A stretch of 64,000 nucleotides of DNA. Origin: Octopus sinensis. Taxonomy: Eukaryota. Numbering within the stretch: position 1 is the first letter of the stretch; every line of letters begins with the position of its first letter. A model generated the notes under the pieces. That model was not told the origin of the DNA. It saw nothing but the letters and a program-made list of their open reading frames with translations, and made no database searches. Both the position numbers and the translations under genes were made by a program. The DNA lies in NCBI RefSeq assembly GCF_006345805.1, contig NC_043014.1, forward strand, positions 33,356,001-33,420,000. Direction: 5' to 3'. Positions 51,662-64,000 of this stretch are shown here, piece by piece.

Positions 51662-52126
51662 GTAAGTGTTATTTCCTATTTGCTTCTATCTAGAAATCAA
51701 AGGAAATTACTACTATTCCCTTCAGACTTTGCTTTTGTGACCTGGACATCAGTGTTTTGAAACTGATCTATTTTCCATTACATTTCAGATAGATTCAGCA
51801 CTGATTTGCTGAAGCAGAAATATCATTATAGCACATATTCTGTTCAATACCACAGATTTGTTTGCCAGTTGCTTGACCTTAACCACTCGAGGATGTCCGT
51901 TAGTGGCTGATAATAAATGCATCTCTCATCATGAGCAAGAATAGCAGCAGAGCATCATAGCCATGTGTTGAGAGAAATTCTTTGGGGTTTGAATAAATGT
52001 AACAAAAGTAAATTTTAAAGGAAAGATTAGTGATTTTTCATTCTTCCCAGAGGTAAGCAAACAGGAAATAACTGTTGCTATCCAAGGAAGAAAATCATGT
52101 CGCACAGTAACATATGCATGTCACTC

Positions 52127-52178
52127 CATCATCATCATCACCACCATCACCACCACCACTATCACCACCACCGCCGCT

Positions 52179-52209
<31 letters not shown>

Positions 52210-52436
52210 CCGCTGCCGCTTCCCCACCGCCGCTGCCGCCGCTGCTTCCCCCACCGCCGCTGCCGCCGCCGCCGCTCCCGCCGCCGCCGCCCCCACCGCC
52301 ACTGCCGCCCCCGCTGCCACCGCCGCTCCCACAGCCGCTGCCGCCGCCACTGTCACCGCCTCTGCCGCCGCTGCTGCCACCGCCTGCACCACCACCACCA
52401 CCACCACCACCATCATTACCACCATCATCATCGTCA
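52127..52436. repeat. Compound (CAT)/(CAC)/(CCG) trinucleotide repeat
   Basis: Directly visible; forms the tail of the adjacent minus-strand RTE fragment. Confidence 0.95.
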
Positions 52437-53853
52437 TTTAATGTCCATTGTCCATGCTAGTATAGGTTGAATGATTTAACTAGGGCTGGTAAGCTGAAGG
52501 GCTACACCAGACTCCAGTTTCTATGACTGGATGCCCTTCCTAATGCCAACCACTCCAAGAGTATAATGGATGCCACCGGCATGGGTGTCAGTTGTATGAC
52601 ACTGGTATCTGTCGCAACCATGATTTTGCATGGCATGATGGATCTTCTTCTTAAACATACATAATGCTAAAGGTCTCGGTCATTTATCATTGCCTCTGTG
52701 AAGCCCAATGCACGAAGGGTGCTTTTTACATGCCACCAGCACCAGCCACATTGTCTCTATGAGGCCCAATGTGTGAAAGATGCTTTTATTGTGCTGCTGG
52801 CATGGATACCAGTTATACGACACCAACATTGGCCATGAATATGACTTCACTTGGCTTGATGGTGTTTTCTCAAGCACAGCATATCGCCAAAGGTCTCAGT
52901 CACTAGTCATTGCCTCTGTGAGACCCAACATTCGAAGACCATGCTTCACCACCTCATCTCATGTCTTCTTGGATCTACCTTTACCACAGGTACCCTAGAG
53001 ACCAGCATTTCTTTACACAGCTGTCTTTGTCCATATGCATCACATGATAATACTAGGGCAGTACGCTTTCAGAGCATTCACCTCTATTACTAACTTGGTT
53101 ACCTAGATAATGGAAGCTATCTACTGCCTCTAGCTTACCCCAATGTCAGTTGCTGAAGTCTGTTTTCTGTACTTTTTCAGTGTTTATTGTACCTGTGCAC
53201 CTTCCACACACAAAAACTATTTTCCCTGTTAACCTTCCTCTGATATTGCTGCACCTCTTAGATGTCCATAGCTTGCACCAGGTACATCTTATGGAGTTTC
53301 TACCAATGCCTCTCCTACAGATTGAGCAGGGCCATCTGCCTGAAGGGATTTGTGATTTGTCTGCTTTCCTACTAACTAAGACTTTGATTTTTGCTCAATC
53401 AACTCTAAGGCCTTTTGATTCTAGACCTTGCCTCCACACCTGCAATTTTTTCTAGTTCTAGTAGTGATTTGGCTATAAGAACAAGGTCATCAGCATAGAG
53501 GAGCTCCCTCTGTTATTTCTTGGAGGACTATGATGAACAAGAAGTGGGCTGAGGACTGACCCTTGGTGAACCACTACATGTACCCCGAATTCCTTGCTCT
53601 ACTCATTGTCAACCATCACCTTACTGGCAGTATCCCTGTACATGGCTTGTACAGCTCTGACCAACCACTCATCTATCTCTAGATTCTGCATTGACCGCCA
53701 GATAAGGGAATGGGGGACTCAGTCAAAGGCTTTCTCCATGTCAACAAAAGTGAGGTATAGGGGTTTAATTTTGCTTAGATATTTCTCCTGTAGTTGCCTA
53801 ACTAAGAATATAGCATCAGTCGTGCTCCTGTCTGGCATAAATCATAACTGCAT
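52437..53853 (-). mobile_element. RTE LINE fragments (RT, PHD-like finger, 3' tail)
   Basis: Reverse complement of much of 61953-63710 (FVDMEKAFD, LYADDL, CSIC..CT.C..H..C). Confidence 0.9.
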
Positions 53854-55048
53854 GTAACTATAATTAAATATTCTATGGAAAGCAAGAGCAAAATCACCGT
53901 AAACTATTTCAACTGCAGATTGTATATCAAAGGACTTGACTTTTCCAATAAAGGATTGCCACATACCAGTTCAATTTTCATTTAAGTTTCCCTTCTGCAA
54001 TAAGTTTACTAATTACATGCCCAAACACATATATAATCATATACACACATACATACATACATGCATGCATCATTTCAGAATATGAGCATGCCTAGACATG
54101 CAACTATATGCATGAGAATACATAAAGCAAAACATACAAATCTACGCATATGCATGCATACATATCTTATTTCTTTATTGCCCACAAGGGGCTAAACACA
54201 GAGGAGACAAACAAGGACAGACAAAGGGATTAAGTCGATTACATTGACCCCAGTGCGTTACTGGTACTTAATTTATCAACTCCGAAAGGATGAAAGGCAA
54301 AGTCGACCTCGGCGGAATTTGAACTCAGAATGTAACAGCAGACGCAATACCGCTAAGTATTTTGCCCAGCATGCTAACGTTTCTGCCAGCTCGCCACCAA
54401 GATATGCATACATATCTTGTTGATGTTGTTGAAATTCCAATGAAGGGATTTGGGATCTAGGTTAGAAACTGGCCCTTTCTCTTTTGGCATGAAATCTTGA
54501 AATAAAACTAAATAATGACATACATACACACACACACACACACACCTAGATACATACCTGTGTTTTCTATACAGAAGACCACCACCCTGTGTAATTTCCC
54601 CAGTTATTATTTCAGATAAACACTGTGATTTGTGATTTAGGTAGGATTATGTGTTTATAGAAATTTGGACACAGAGATAGAAAAATACTCAGAAAGATAT
54701 ATAGACTGATAAATAGTAATATGAATAAATCAACAGATAGATAAATAGTAAAGTAAATAGTTAGAAATTTAGATAGTTAAATATTTAGAGAGATAGATTG
54801 ATTGATAGACATATTTCTCTTTCTATCAATCTATATATCGTTTACTGTTCCATCCCACTACCTTTCTATGTCCATGTATTTGTCTGTCTGTCTGTCTATC
54901 TATCTATATATCTGTGTTCCTTTCTGTTGAAGAGCGTAGGGTCGAAACGTAAAAGACATTCTCACTTCCAGAGCGTTAAACTAATACATCTGTTTGTTGT
55001 TTACACACCCATCTTCGTCTTTTGTTTTGTTTTTTTTGTAAATTCCAA

Positions 55049-55122
<74 letters not shown>

Positions 55123-56726
55123 ATATATATATATATATATATAGACATAGATATAGATATATGCAGAGCAATATATATAGAGAGAGCAATCTTCAGCTGC
55201 ACAAAGACATAGAATTTAATTAAATTAGAACAGATGGACACATTAGTATAATTTTACCTAAAATCTCCAAGAAGTTAAGGAAATAGACAAAAAACATGCT
55301 GTCTCACTCCAGTTTACAAGTTACTGAATTTTCAAGAAGACATACATTGTTACAGACTCTGCTTGTCACTGATTTTTTGTTTTTATGGGGGCAGTTTTAA
55401 TTTATAGACCAGTTTATCAAATCCCTTGTCTTTCTATTGCTGAGAGAACAGAGTGCAGTATCTGTTAGGGGTAGGGCTGAGGGAGCAGACAGACATCATA
55501 GTTGGTACGGTCATAAAAATCAAGATTTATTTGAAGCAATATCATGAGGTTTGGTAAAGGAAAACTTAAAACAAGATGTTAGCTGACAATTAAGGGGTCA
55601 CCCACTAGCAGACCATTGATAAAGAAACAGGGGAAGTCTTATCATATTGTACTATAGTTTAATATTTTAAACAATGCTGCTATGTTGTTTACAGTTAAAA
55701 TTTATGGTTATTCAGAGGATTATTAAGAAGAATATTATAACAAAAGGATAGAAATTTATGAATACTTTTGAGTATATACTAAACTTTTACCACAATAGAG
55801 GGAGGAAAAGAAATATCCAGAAATAGTTTAATTTTTATACATATTGTACACTTAAATACAAACTCATCAGATGGTATCTGTGAATATTGATTAATTGGTA
55901 TATACTGGTATTAATAAAGGAGTATTGAGGTAAAGGAACATGCTAATTATATATTAATAAAATTATAATCGAAGCTGTTTTTTATAAGTATGAATTTATA
56001 GAGATACAAAAATTGGATTAATTTTATAAATTAAAATGTATTTGAAACAACGGACAACAGTCAAAATATAATGGATGGATAAATAAGCATCCTTAAGATG
56101 AAACAACGCATTGGTCGATAAACAAAAGTATTAACAAATAGAAGAGAGGAAATGGAACATCACCTTTCAGGTAACTCAGAGTAGGTAAAGGTAAGCTTGC
56201 CAAAGTTTAATGCAGTTTAAATATGGAGATTAAGATTGTTTGGTATTGGATGTTCATCGCATACAGTCAATTTAATCACAGTAAAAAATATTCTCTAATG
56301 TTGACGATATAGATTAAAAAAGTATGGAAGACCCTACATACAAAAAACTATGTACATACACACACACACTTGTTATGATGTTCTCATAAGCTGTGGAACA
56401 GTAATTTTTAGACTGAGTGATATGTATGATGGTATGTGTATGTGTGTGTGTGTTTCTGAGCAGTTTCTGTCTACCAGATTTCACTCACAAGACATTCCTT
56501 ATTCCGAGGTTAGAGCAGAAGACTCTTGATCAAGGTGCTCCTAGTACAGGGGTCAAACTCAGAATCACATAATAGCAAAATTAATTCCTCATCCAGGCCG
56601 GCCTTGCATGTACTCTGTCCTTGACCCAGAACCTGCATACATCAAACATATTTGTTATCGAACCTACATATCCTGAAAGGAGCCCCAACTGGTGCACTAC
56701 TCTATGTTTGCTCAGGAGCAATATAA

Positions 56727-57118
56727 TCTCTCTATATATAAAGCTGAAGTTGTTTGTGTATGGCAGGTTTGGTAGCCTTCAACTAACACTATTTCCTCTG
56801 AGACCCTGTGGTGCAAGTTGACCAAAATTGAGAGTATGATAGAAGAAGGCTTGCTCTTCCATCCGTAGAAGAAAAAGTTCAAATCGGACCATGTTAACAC
56901 CAAAAATTATTTGCATCAAAAAGGTGCTTTTTTTCTATGAAAATTCCTATTATTTAAGACTTTTTTACTGCTGTGTCGCCATTTTTCAGTGTATTTCAAC
57001 CAGAAAAATGTTCACTTAAAGAGAATAACAAGCTACATAATGCAAAATTTTTACTTTTCAAAAATTCCAATTCTAAAGGGTCGAAACAAACCAGAGCAAC
57101 GCCAGGCGATACTGCTAG
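56727..57118 (+). mobile_element. Non-autonomous Helitron
   Basis: A|TC 5' end; decayed subterminal hairpin ccagagcaacgccagg; CTAG|T 3' end; no TSD. Confidence 0.85.
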
Positions 57119-58309
57119 TTATTGATGAAAGCTAAAACTCCTGCTGTTACTTTAATGGCTCATTTAGAATGAAAAGAATAACCCTCTTGGTCCTTTCTGG
57201 GGTCATTCAGGCTAGTGATAGAAAGATAGTTAACCTCATACCATAGACTTTGTCTAAATGTTTGTAGCTGGAGAGGGTGAACTCCACTAAAAGCACCCAA
57301 AAGCCAGGTGGGAGGTCTTAAATTGGGTGACGATTTTATGTCTACCGCCCAAGAGCATGAACAGTACCCTGCCCCTTGATAGCTTTCTATAGTTTCCATC
57401 AACCAATTTCCACTCAGAAGGCTCTGGTCAACCTGAAACCACAGTATAAGACATTGCAATGCTTTGGTATTAGCACATGACATCAGTCATGAATAAGTAG
57501 TGTTTGACTGTTCACCTCTGTTGACAGATGAAAGACAATGTTAGACACTCGCTCATAACATCACAGACCTTTACTGAAAGATTGCCCAAGACACATACCC
57601 AAGGTGCTGCACAGTGTGATTGAACCCCAAAACAATATAAATGTGAAATAAACTTTTGAATCAGACAGTCATGACATCCCTAAGACTAATATGGAAATGA
57701 TCGATTCTTCAAATGATTTAGTTTAGATGGGAGGATGTCAGCTATTATTGGTTTCTAATTTTGGTACAAGGTTGGCACTTTAGTGGGGAGAAGGTAAGTC
57801 GATTACATTAGCCCAAGTGCCCAACTGGTACTTATTTTATCAACCCTTAAAGGATGGAAGGCAAAGTCAACTGCAGCAGAATTTGATCTCAGAATGTAAA
57901 GATTAACAAAATGCTGCTAAGCATTTTATCTGGCATGCTAACGATTCTGCCAGCTCACCACCTTGGTGTCAGCTATTATTTATTGACTGATACACTATGC
58001 TGATCATGTTGCTGTTTAACCTTTTGAGAGGGATGGAAAGACAAAGTCAGTAGTGACATGATTTGAAGTCAGAATGTAATGACACAGAACAAATGCCATA
58101 AAGCATTTTGTTCAATGCTTGTGCAATTTTGCCAATTCAAACATTACATGCTTCACATATCAAATAATCACTGAATATCTATAATGAAGATAAAATTAGA
58201 TCCACTGGAAAACAATGCCAAATTAATCCTAATTATGTATGCACTCATTTTTTCTCATTAGTCATAGATGTGTTGTGTTTATTATTTATTGCTTTCTAAT
58301 GGTTTAAAG

Positions 58310-58351
58310 GCAGGGATTATGCTCATGGTCTTCACAGACCCTTCAGAAGAG
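58310..58351 (+). CDS. Candidate 42-nt exon of plus-strand gene
   Basis: tttaaag| ... GAG|gtgaga; symmetric exon open in two frames (AGIMLMVFTDPSEE or RDYAHGLHRPFRR). Confidence 0.3.
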
Positions 58352-59001
58352 GTGAGATCAGTGCAGCTGATGTTTTTGAGTCAGTGGGGAGTGTGCTGTA
58401 GCCAAGCTGCCTCTGCTCTTTGTTAAATATAACTTACCTTTGATTGCAGCAAACATACGCATATAAAGTGCATCATTTACATTATTTACATTTAACAGTT
58501 ATTTGTCCTCATCTTGTTTGTTGCTAACACAACATTTCAGCTGATATACCCTCCAGACTTCATCAGGTGTCTTGGGGAAATTTCAAACCTAGGTTCTCAA
58601 TCTTAAGATATTTTTCGATGTTGTTATTATTATTATTATTAAGAATAATATATGGAATAAGAAAGGAATTCCAGTAGATCGACATTCTTGATGGGTAAAT
58701 GAATTTAAAATGTCTACTCCATTCTGGATCTACATGGCTGCTAAATCTGGGCCTAGCCACTGAGCTCATTTTAACTTTTAGCTCAGTGTCATAGCTACAA
58801 TTGAAATGAGTTTAAATATCTCCAAATTTTATTTTTTCTATTGTATTTCTTGATTATGGCAGAGCGACAAAGCTTGTTGAACTCATCTCTACTAAGAATT
58901 AAGATCTTAATTTTAAATCCAGCTTAAGAGAATTTTTAAAGGACAACTGAAAAGGGCCAAAGAATGAACTGATAGAAAGAAACATAGGTGCAACACTCAT
59001 A

Positions 59002-59230
59002 TTAACCCTTTTCGTTACCAACCCAGCTGAAACCGGCTCTGGCTCTAAGTACAAATGTCTTGTTTTCATAAGTTTTGAATTAAAATCTTCTACCAAACCT
59101 TAGTTACAATTTACGTTCCTAACACTGGCTTAATGATAACCAAGTTATTTTACATAATTCTTTGTAATATTTAAAGTAATTGAAATAAACACAGATCATC
59201 TCAAAATAAATACAGTAATGAAAGGGTTAA
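59002..59230. mobile_element. piggyBac-type MITE (second copy, inverted)
   Basis: TTAA|CCCTTTTCGTTAC ... GTAATGAAAGGG|TTAA; reverse complement of 131-359. Confidence 0.9.
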
Positions 59231-59356
59231 GGGGAAAAAACTACATTATATTTGTGGTTCTGGGCCTAGTGATGAAGAAACTAACTTCTTAATCACAAAT
59301 ACTTGGGTTCAGTTATGCTGCATGAAATTTAGGCAAGTGTCTTCTACCATAGCTTA

Positions 59357-59442
59357 GGTCTTATCTAATTTCACTCAAAGGGTAGGGTTGAACCATAAGG
59401 GTGATTGATCCAAGCCCTTAGAGTGAAATTAGGGGTGGGGCC
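59357..59442 (+). ncRNA. Candidate pri-miRNA-like hairpin
   Basis: CTAATTTCACTC/GAGTGAAATTAG perfect 12 bp, plus AAGGG/CCCTT, GGGTTGA/TTGATCC, ACC/GGT and basal GGTCTTA/TGGGGCC. Confidence 0.35.
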
Positions 59443-60284
59443 AGGAACTGCAAAATTTCATCAGTAAATTGTTCTGGAGCTCGGTTAAACCAACTTTGTT
59501 ACACTCTGTGTCACACAATTAACAGTATTGGTAGGTCCAACTTAGCAGCTTTATAGGCCACTGAGCAAGTTAATGGACTGGATCCTATAGTGTTTTTTAT
59601 TGACAGCAAGCTACAACATACAGAAATCACAACTGGGCCCCTGGACCTGTTCATGACCTTAAGATGCATTAAGATGGCACTAGATATTTCCACTCACAAG
59701 GCTCTGGCCAACCTGATGCTATGGTATAAGACATGACAATACTTTGGTATTAGTACATGACATCAGTCATGAATAAGTATGTGTTTGACTGTTCAACTCT
59801 GTTGAATGAATGAAAGACAGTGTCAGACCCTCACTCATAACATCACAGATCTTTATTGAAAGACTACCCAAAAACACCATCCCAAGGTACCAGCAGTGTG
59901 ATTGAACCCCCAAACAACATAAATGTGAAGTAGACTTGTGAATCAGAGAGCCATGACATTCCTAAGACTAATATGGAAGTGATCAATTCACTGCTTAAAC
60001 TAAAACAGTATGAATATATAGTTTCCATTAATTGAACATCTTGGCTACTAGTCAGCAAAACTGGTGCAAAATCCATTTATTTAAAGGTAAAGTTTAAAAC
60101 ATGATTACAACTATTTCAGTCCAGCTTCTGTCATACTTCAATAATGATTTAGAAGATCAATGTTGTGTATTACATGGGTATAAATTAAAGGTAATTAATT
60201 CAGTGAGAAAGATATTTAAATGAAGTTGCCTTTTATTCCCTATATTTACGACATCTTTTAAGAGTTGTTCTTTTCTTTTTAAAG

Positions 60285-60707
60285 GAGTCTTTGCTAAAAC
60301 TCGAAGACTTCATAAAAAAAGGACTACTGATCTCCGATATGAATTTCCTGCAGCAGACAAGAGGGAAATTGGCTGCACTGAAATATTCGAAAATAAATGG
60401 CATATGCCGCAAGGGCCACTTCACTCTAGACGTGCAGGACATGCGTAAAGAAGCCCTTCTTCGAGTCACACACCGTCGAATTAAAGGTTACTTGGATATC
60501 CTAGAGCACAGCTTTGAAGAGGATATTCCTACATTTTCCAGTTTCCAGTACAAAGAGAGTGTCAACCTTGAAGGTAACCAGAAACATCTCTTAGAAGATG
60601 TAAAAGATGAGGAGATCAGCGACTGTCTGGCTGATAGCAATAAATTGACTCAGCCTCATACAAAACAAAGGAAAATTGAAATACAGAACCACTCTATTGC
60701 ATCTTGA
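60285..60707 (+). CDS. Exon (probably terminal) of unidentified plus-strand gene: ESLLKLEDFIKKGLLISDMNFLQQTRGKLAALKYSKINGICRKGHFTLDVQDMRKEALLRVTHRRIKGYLDILEHSF...
   Basis: Strong acceptor ttcttttctttttaaag|; 140-codon open frame in unique sequence with locally retained CpG; stop at 60707 or donor AAG|gtaacc after 60573. Confidence 0.7.
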   Translation, partial: ESLLKLEDFIKKGLLISDMNFLQQTRGKLAALKYSKINGICRKGHFTLDVQDMRKEALLRVTHRRIKGYLDILEHSFEEDIPTFSSFQYKESVNLEGNQKHLLEDVKDEEISDCLADSNKLTQPHTKQRKIEIQNHSIAS

Positions 60708-60911
60708 GGTCAACCAAGAGATGTAAGGTAGGCTCCAAATCCCAGAGACTATATTGTTTGTTGTCTGGGGTGGTGACACCTGGTTTTTATCAGGAAAACT
60801 TCGACTGGATTTCAAAGAACAATGAAATCCTTAACAGCAATAAAAAAAGATATCAGTGTACGTAGTTTCTCCTTGTGGTCGTTGTTGTTCTTCTTACTAT
60901 TACTATTATTA

Positions 60912-61703
60912 TTATTACCTCCACCTTAGCAAAAGCAGGGGTATTGTTTTCAGTCATGTTTGTTTGTTTGTATGTGGACAAGATATCTCAAGAACTGCCA
61001 GATGGATTTGGATGAAACTTTCAGGGATGTTTGGCTTTGTGATTGGCACAGTCTCATTATATTTTGGGATCGATCCAGTACTGGACAAGGATTCTGGATT
61101 ATTTTTCTAATTTTTTTTTTACTTTACATGTATACGTAAAGTTTCACATAGTTCTCTTGTACAGGCACACATATACTCACACATTTTCAGTGTTGAACAT
61201 TACCATCCCATTTCCATTGTACACACACACACACACACACACACAAACATACCTCTCTTTTACGCACACTTATACTCACACTTCAAATGCCGTTTATTAG
61301 TTTTTTTCACTCCTTCCTTCGTAATTCATCTATCACCCCTTCCTTTCTCATTCATATGATGCTCTTTTTGCTACTTCATTTTGTCTTTCACATTGTCATT
61401 ACTTTTCCTCACTCCCCCTCAGTCATGGCTATTACTCTCACTACTTCTCCTTCACTGTATTAGTATTTCATCTCCTCTCCCTTCAAATCTCACTCAGTAT
61501 ATATATATATATATATATAAATATATATATAATTGGATTATTTTTCTGTTTGAGAGCTGCTGGGTTCTTTTTTAGTAATCTTGTTTGTGAGAACAGTCCT
61601 GTTTATTTCAGATATTCTCATTTTAAAAATCATCTCTGGCTAATTGTTGAGAGGACGTTGGTGTTGCCTTGGTAGAGGTTTGCGCTCTCTGAGTGCTCTT
61701 GTT
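60912..61703 (+). mobile_element. Helentron-associated (HINE/DINE-1-like) element
   Basis: Sub-TIRs acctccacc / ggtagaggt; (TTTG)n after the 5' end; 3' hairpin gcgctc-tct-gagtgc; inserted in TTA runs. Confidence 0.75.
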
Positions 61704-61952
61704 ATTATTGTTGTTGTTGTTGTTATCATCATCATCAAGACAGTGAACTGTTAGAATTGTTAGCACACTGATCAAAATGCTTAGTGGCATTTCGTCTGTC
61801 TTTCCATTCTGAGTTCAAATTTCACTGTGGTTGATTTTGTCTTTCATCATTTTGGGGTTGATAAAATAGGTACCAGTTGAGTACTGGTGTCAATGTAATT
61901 GACTTACCCCTGCCCACGAAATTGCTGGCCTTGTGCCTATAATAGAAGGGAT

Positions 61953-63710
61953 TAGCCAAAGATAAACCACTGTACCTGGCTTTCGTTGACATAGAGAAAG
62001 CCTTTGACCGGGTCCCCCGATCCCTTATCTGGTGGTTAATGAGGTAACTAGGGATAGATGAATGGTTAGTGAGAGCTGTGCAAGCCATGTACAGGGACGC
62101 TGTCAATAAGGTGAGGGTTGGTAATGAGTACAGTGAAGAATTCTGGGTAGAGGTAGGGGTCCACCAAGGTTTAGTCCTTAGCCCCCTCCTATTTATCATA
62201 CTCCTCCAGGCAATAACAGATGAATTCAAGACAGGATGCCCCTGGGAGCTCCTCTATGCTGATGACCTTGCTCTAATTGCTGAGTCACTATCAGAACTAG
62301 AGGAGAAGTTTCAGGTGTGGAAACAAGGATTATAATTGAAGGGCCTTAGAATCAACCTAGCTAAAACCAAAGTCCTAATAAGTAGGAAAGCAGACAAACC
62401 ACAAATCCCTTCGGGTAGATGGTCCTGCTCGATCTGTAGAAAAGATGTAGGTAGAAACTCTATAAGATGTACCCAGTGTAATCTATGGACACATAAGAGG
62501 TGCAGTAATATCAAAGGAAGGCTAACTGGGAAGATTGTTTTTGTATGTGGCAGATGCTCAGGAGCAATAAACACTAAAAAGGTGCAGAGAACAACTTCTG
62601 ACACATTCCAGCTCTTGTTACCTAGGTGACCAAGTCAGTAGCAGGAGTGGGTGCACTGGAAGTGTAGCTACTAGAATAAGAATAGCCTGGGCAAAGTTCA
62701 GAGAGCTCTTACCTCTACTGATGACAAAGGGTCTCTTGCTCAGAGTAAAAGGTAGACTGCACGACGCATGTATACAAACAGCCATGCTACACAGCAGTGA
62801 AACATGGGCCATGACAGCTGAGGACATGCGTAAGCTTGCAAGGAATGAAGCCAGTATGCTCCACTGGATATGTAATGTCAGTGTGCTTACTCGACAGAGT
62901 GTAAGTACCTTGAGAGAAAAGTTGAACCTAAGAAGCATCAGATGTTGTGTGCAAGAGAGACAACTGCGCTAGTATGGTCATGTAGCGAGAATGGATAAAG
63001 ATAGCTGTGTGAAAAGTGCCACACCCAAGCGGTTGAGGGAACCTGTGGAAGACCTGTGGTGAGGTGGTGAAGCGTGGCCTTCAAACATTGGGCCTTACTG
63101 AGGCAATGACTAGTGACTGAGACCTTTGGAAATATGCTGTGCTTGAGAAGACCTGGCCTATATCAGGGCTGTAACCAACCCACTTATGCATACCTTTCCT
63201 TCATTGGACACTAAATTCTGCTTGTGAAGACCTCTTGAGGCAAGTGAAATTGAAATCAAATTCAATGACTGGCACCATCTGACAATGATCGTTACCAGAG
63301 CAGTTGACTGGCTTCCATGACGGTGACACGTAAAAAAAACCCCACTTGAGGGTGATCATTACCTGCATCGCCTAACTAGCATCTGTGCCAGTGGCATGTG
63401 AAAAATATTTGAGCGAGGTCATTGCCAGTGCTGCTGGACTGGCTCCTGTGCAGGTGGCATGTAAAAAACACCATTTGAGCATGGCTGTTGCCAGTACTGC
63501 CTGACTGGCCCTTGTGCCGGTGGCACATAAAAGCACCCACTGCACTCTCGGAGTGGTTGACATTAGAAAGGGCATCCAGCTGTAGAAACACTACCAGATC
63601 AGATTGGAGTCTGGTGCAGCCATCTGTTTTGCCAGTCCTCAGTCAAATCGTCCAACCCTTGCCAGCATGGAAAGCGGACGTTAAACAATGATGATGATGA
63701 TGATGATGAT
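61953..63710 (+). mobile_element. 5'-truncated RTE LINE (RT to 3' tail)
   Basis: LYLAFVDIEKAFDRVPR, VGVHQGLVLSPLLF, ELLYADDLAL, GLRINLAKTK, SETWAM, (GAT)n tail; several stops. Confidence 0.95.
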
Positions 63711-64000
63711 GAAGAAAATTCTAACAGGTAGTCATGATGATGGGCTTCATATATTTGTACCCCAGGGTTACTTTGATGGCATGGACGACTGTCTCACTCG
63801 ATAATATTAGTAATTATGATAATCTCTATTACAAACACCAGGATTTGTGGATTCAAAGTGACAGAAAAGGCATACAAACACAAACCAGCATGATCTTACA
63901 GGTGGGGTCCCGTTAGAATTTTCCTCAGCCCATCCCACTTAAATGGTCCCTCTGAATAAGGTTTAAGGATGATGAATGAAACGCCCATGTTTCCAGAGGT

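Noticed and set aside
52097-52470. Poly-His/Arg/Ala/Pro ORFs resembling a developmental transcription factor
   Set aside because: Open in several frames because it is a trinucleotide repeat; continuous with an RTE tail
57450-57585. C/D-box snoRNA in the duplicated insert
   Set aside because: No RTGATGA box C, and the CTGA is not kept in the second copy

Overview
Repeat-dense, AT-rich eukaryotic DNA, most consistent with a coleoid cephalopod (Octopus) genome. That assignment rests on recognising the SINE, RTE-tail and microsatellite repertoire, not on a database hit. Most ORF-track entries are microsatellite artefacts. Two unidentified spliced genes are plausible. One is on the minus strand, with phase-compatible exons at 14498-14570, 6815-6970, 6115-6179 and 362-526. 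The other is on the plus strand, with a clear exon starting at 60285. Both lie in CpG-decayed domains that flank a CpG-retaining middle domain (~14-47 kb). The rest is tRNA-derived SINEs, decayed RTE, R4/Dong, L1/Tx1 and CR1 LINEs, a broken hAT transposase, several MITE classes, Helitron and Helentron relics and a non-autonomous LTR element. The most unusual items are: (1) minimal hammerhead-ribozyme motifs in several short repeat families, including a tRNA-headed SINE; (2) an LTR element with four stacked tRNA-Trp-type primer-binding-site/LTR-end cassettes; (3) a G-U-rich pri-miRNA-like intronic hairpin; (4) RTE elements with extra zinc-binding modules (a PHD finger inside the RT region; three C-terminal C2H2 fingers). 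Repeat boundaries are approximate unless a TSD or TIR is quoted.
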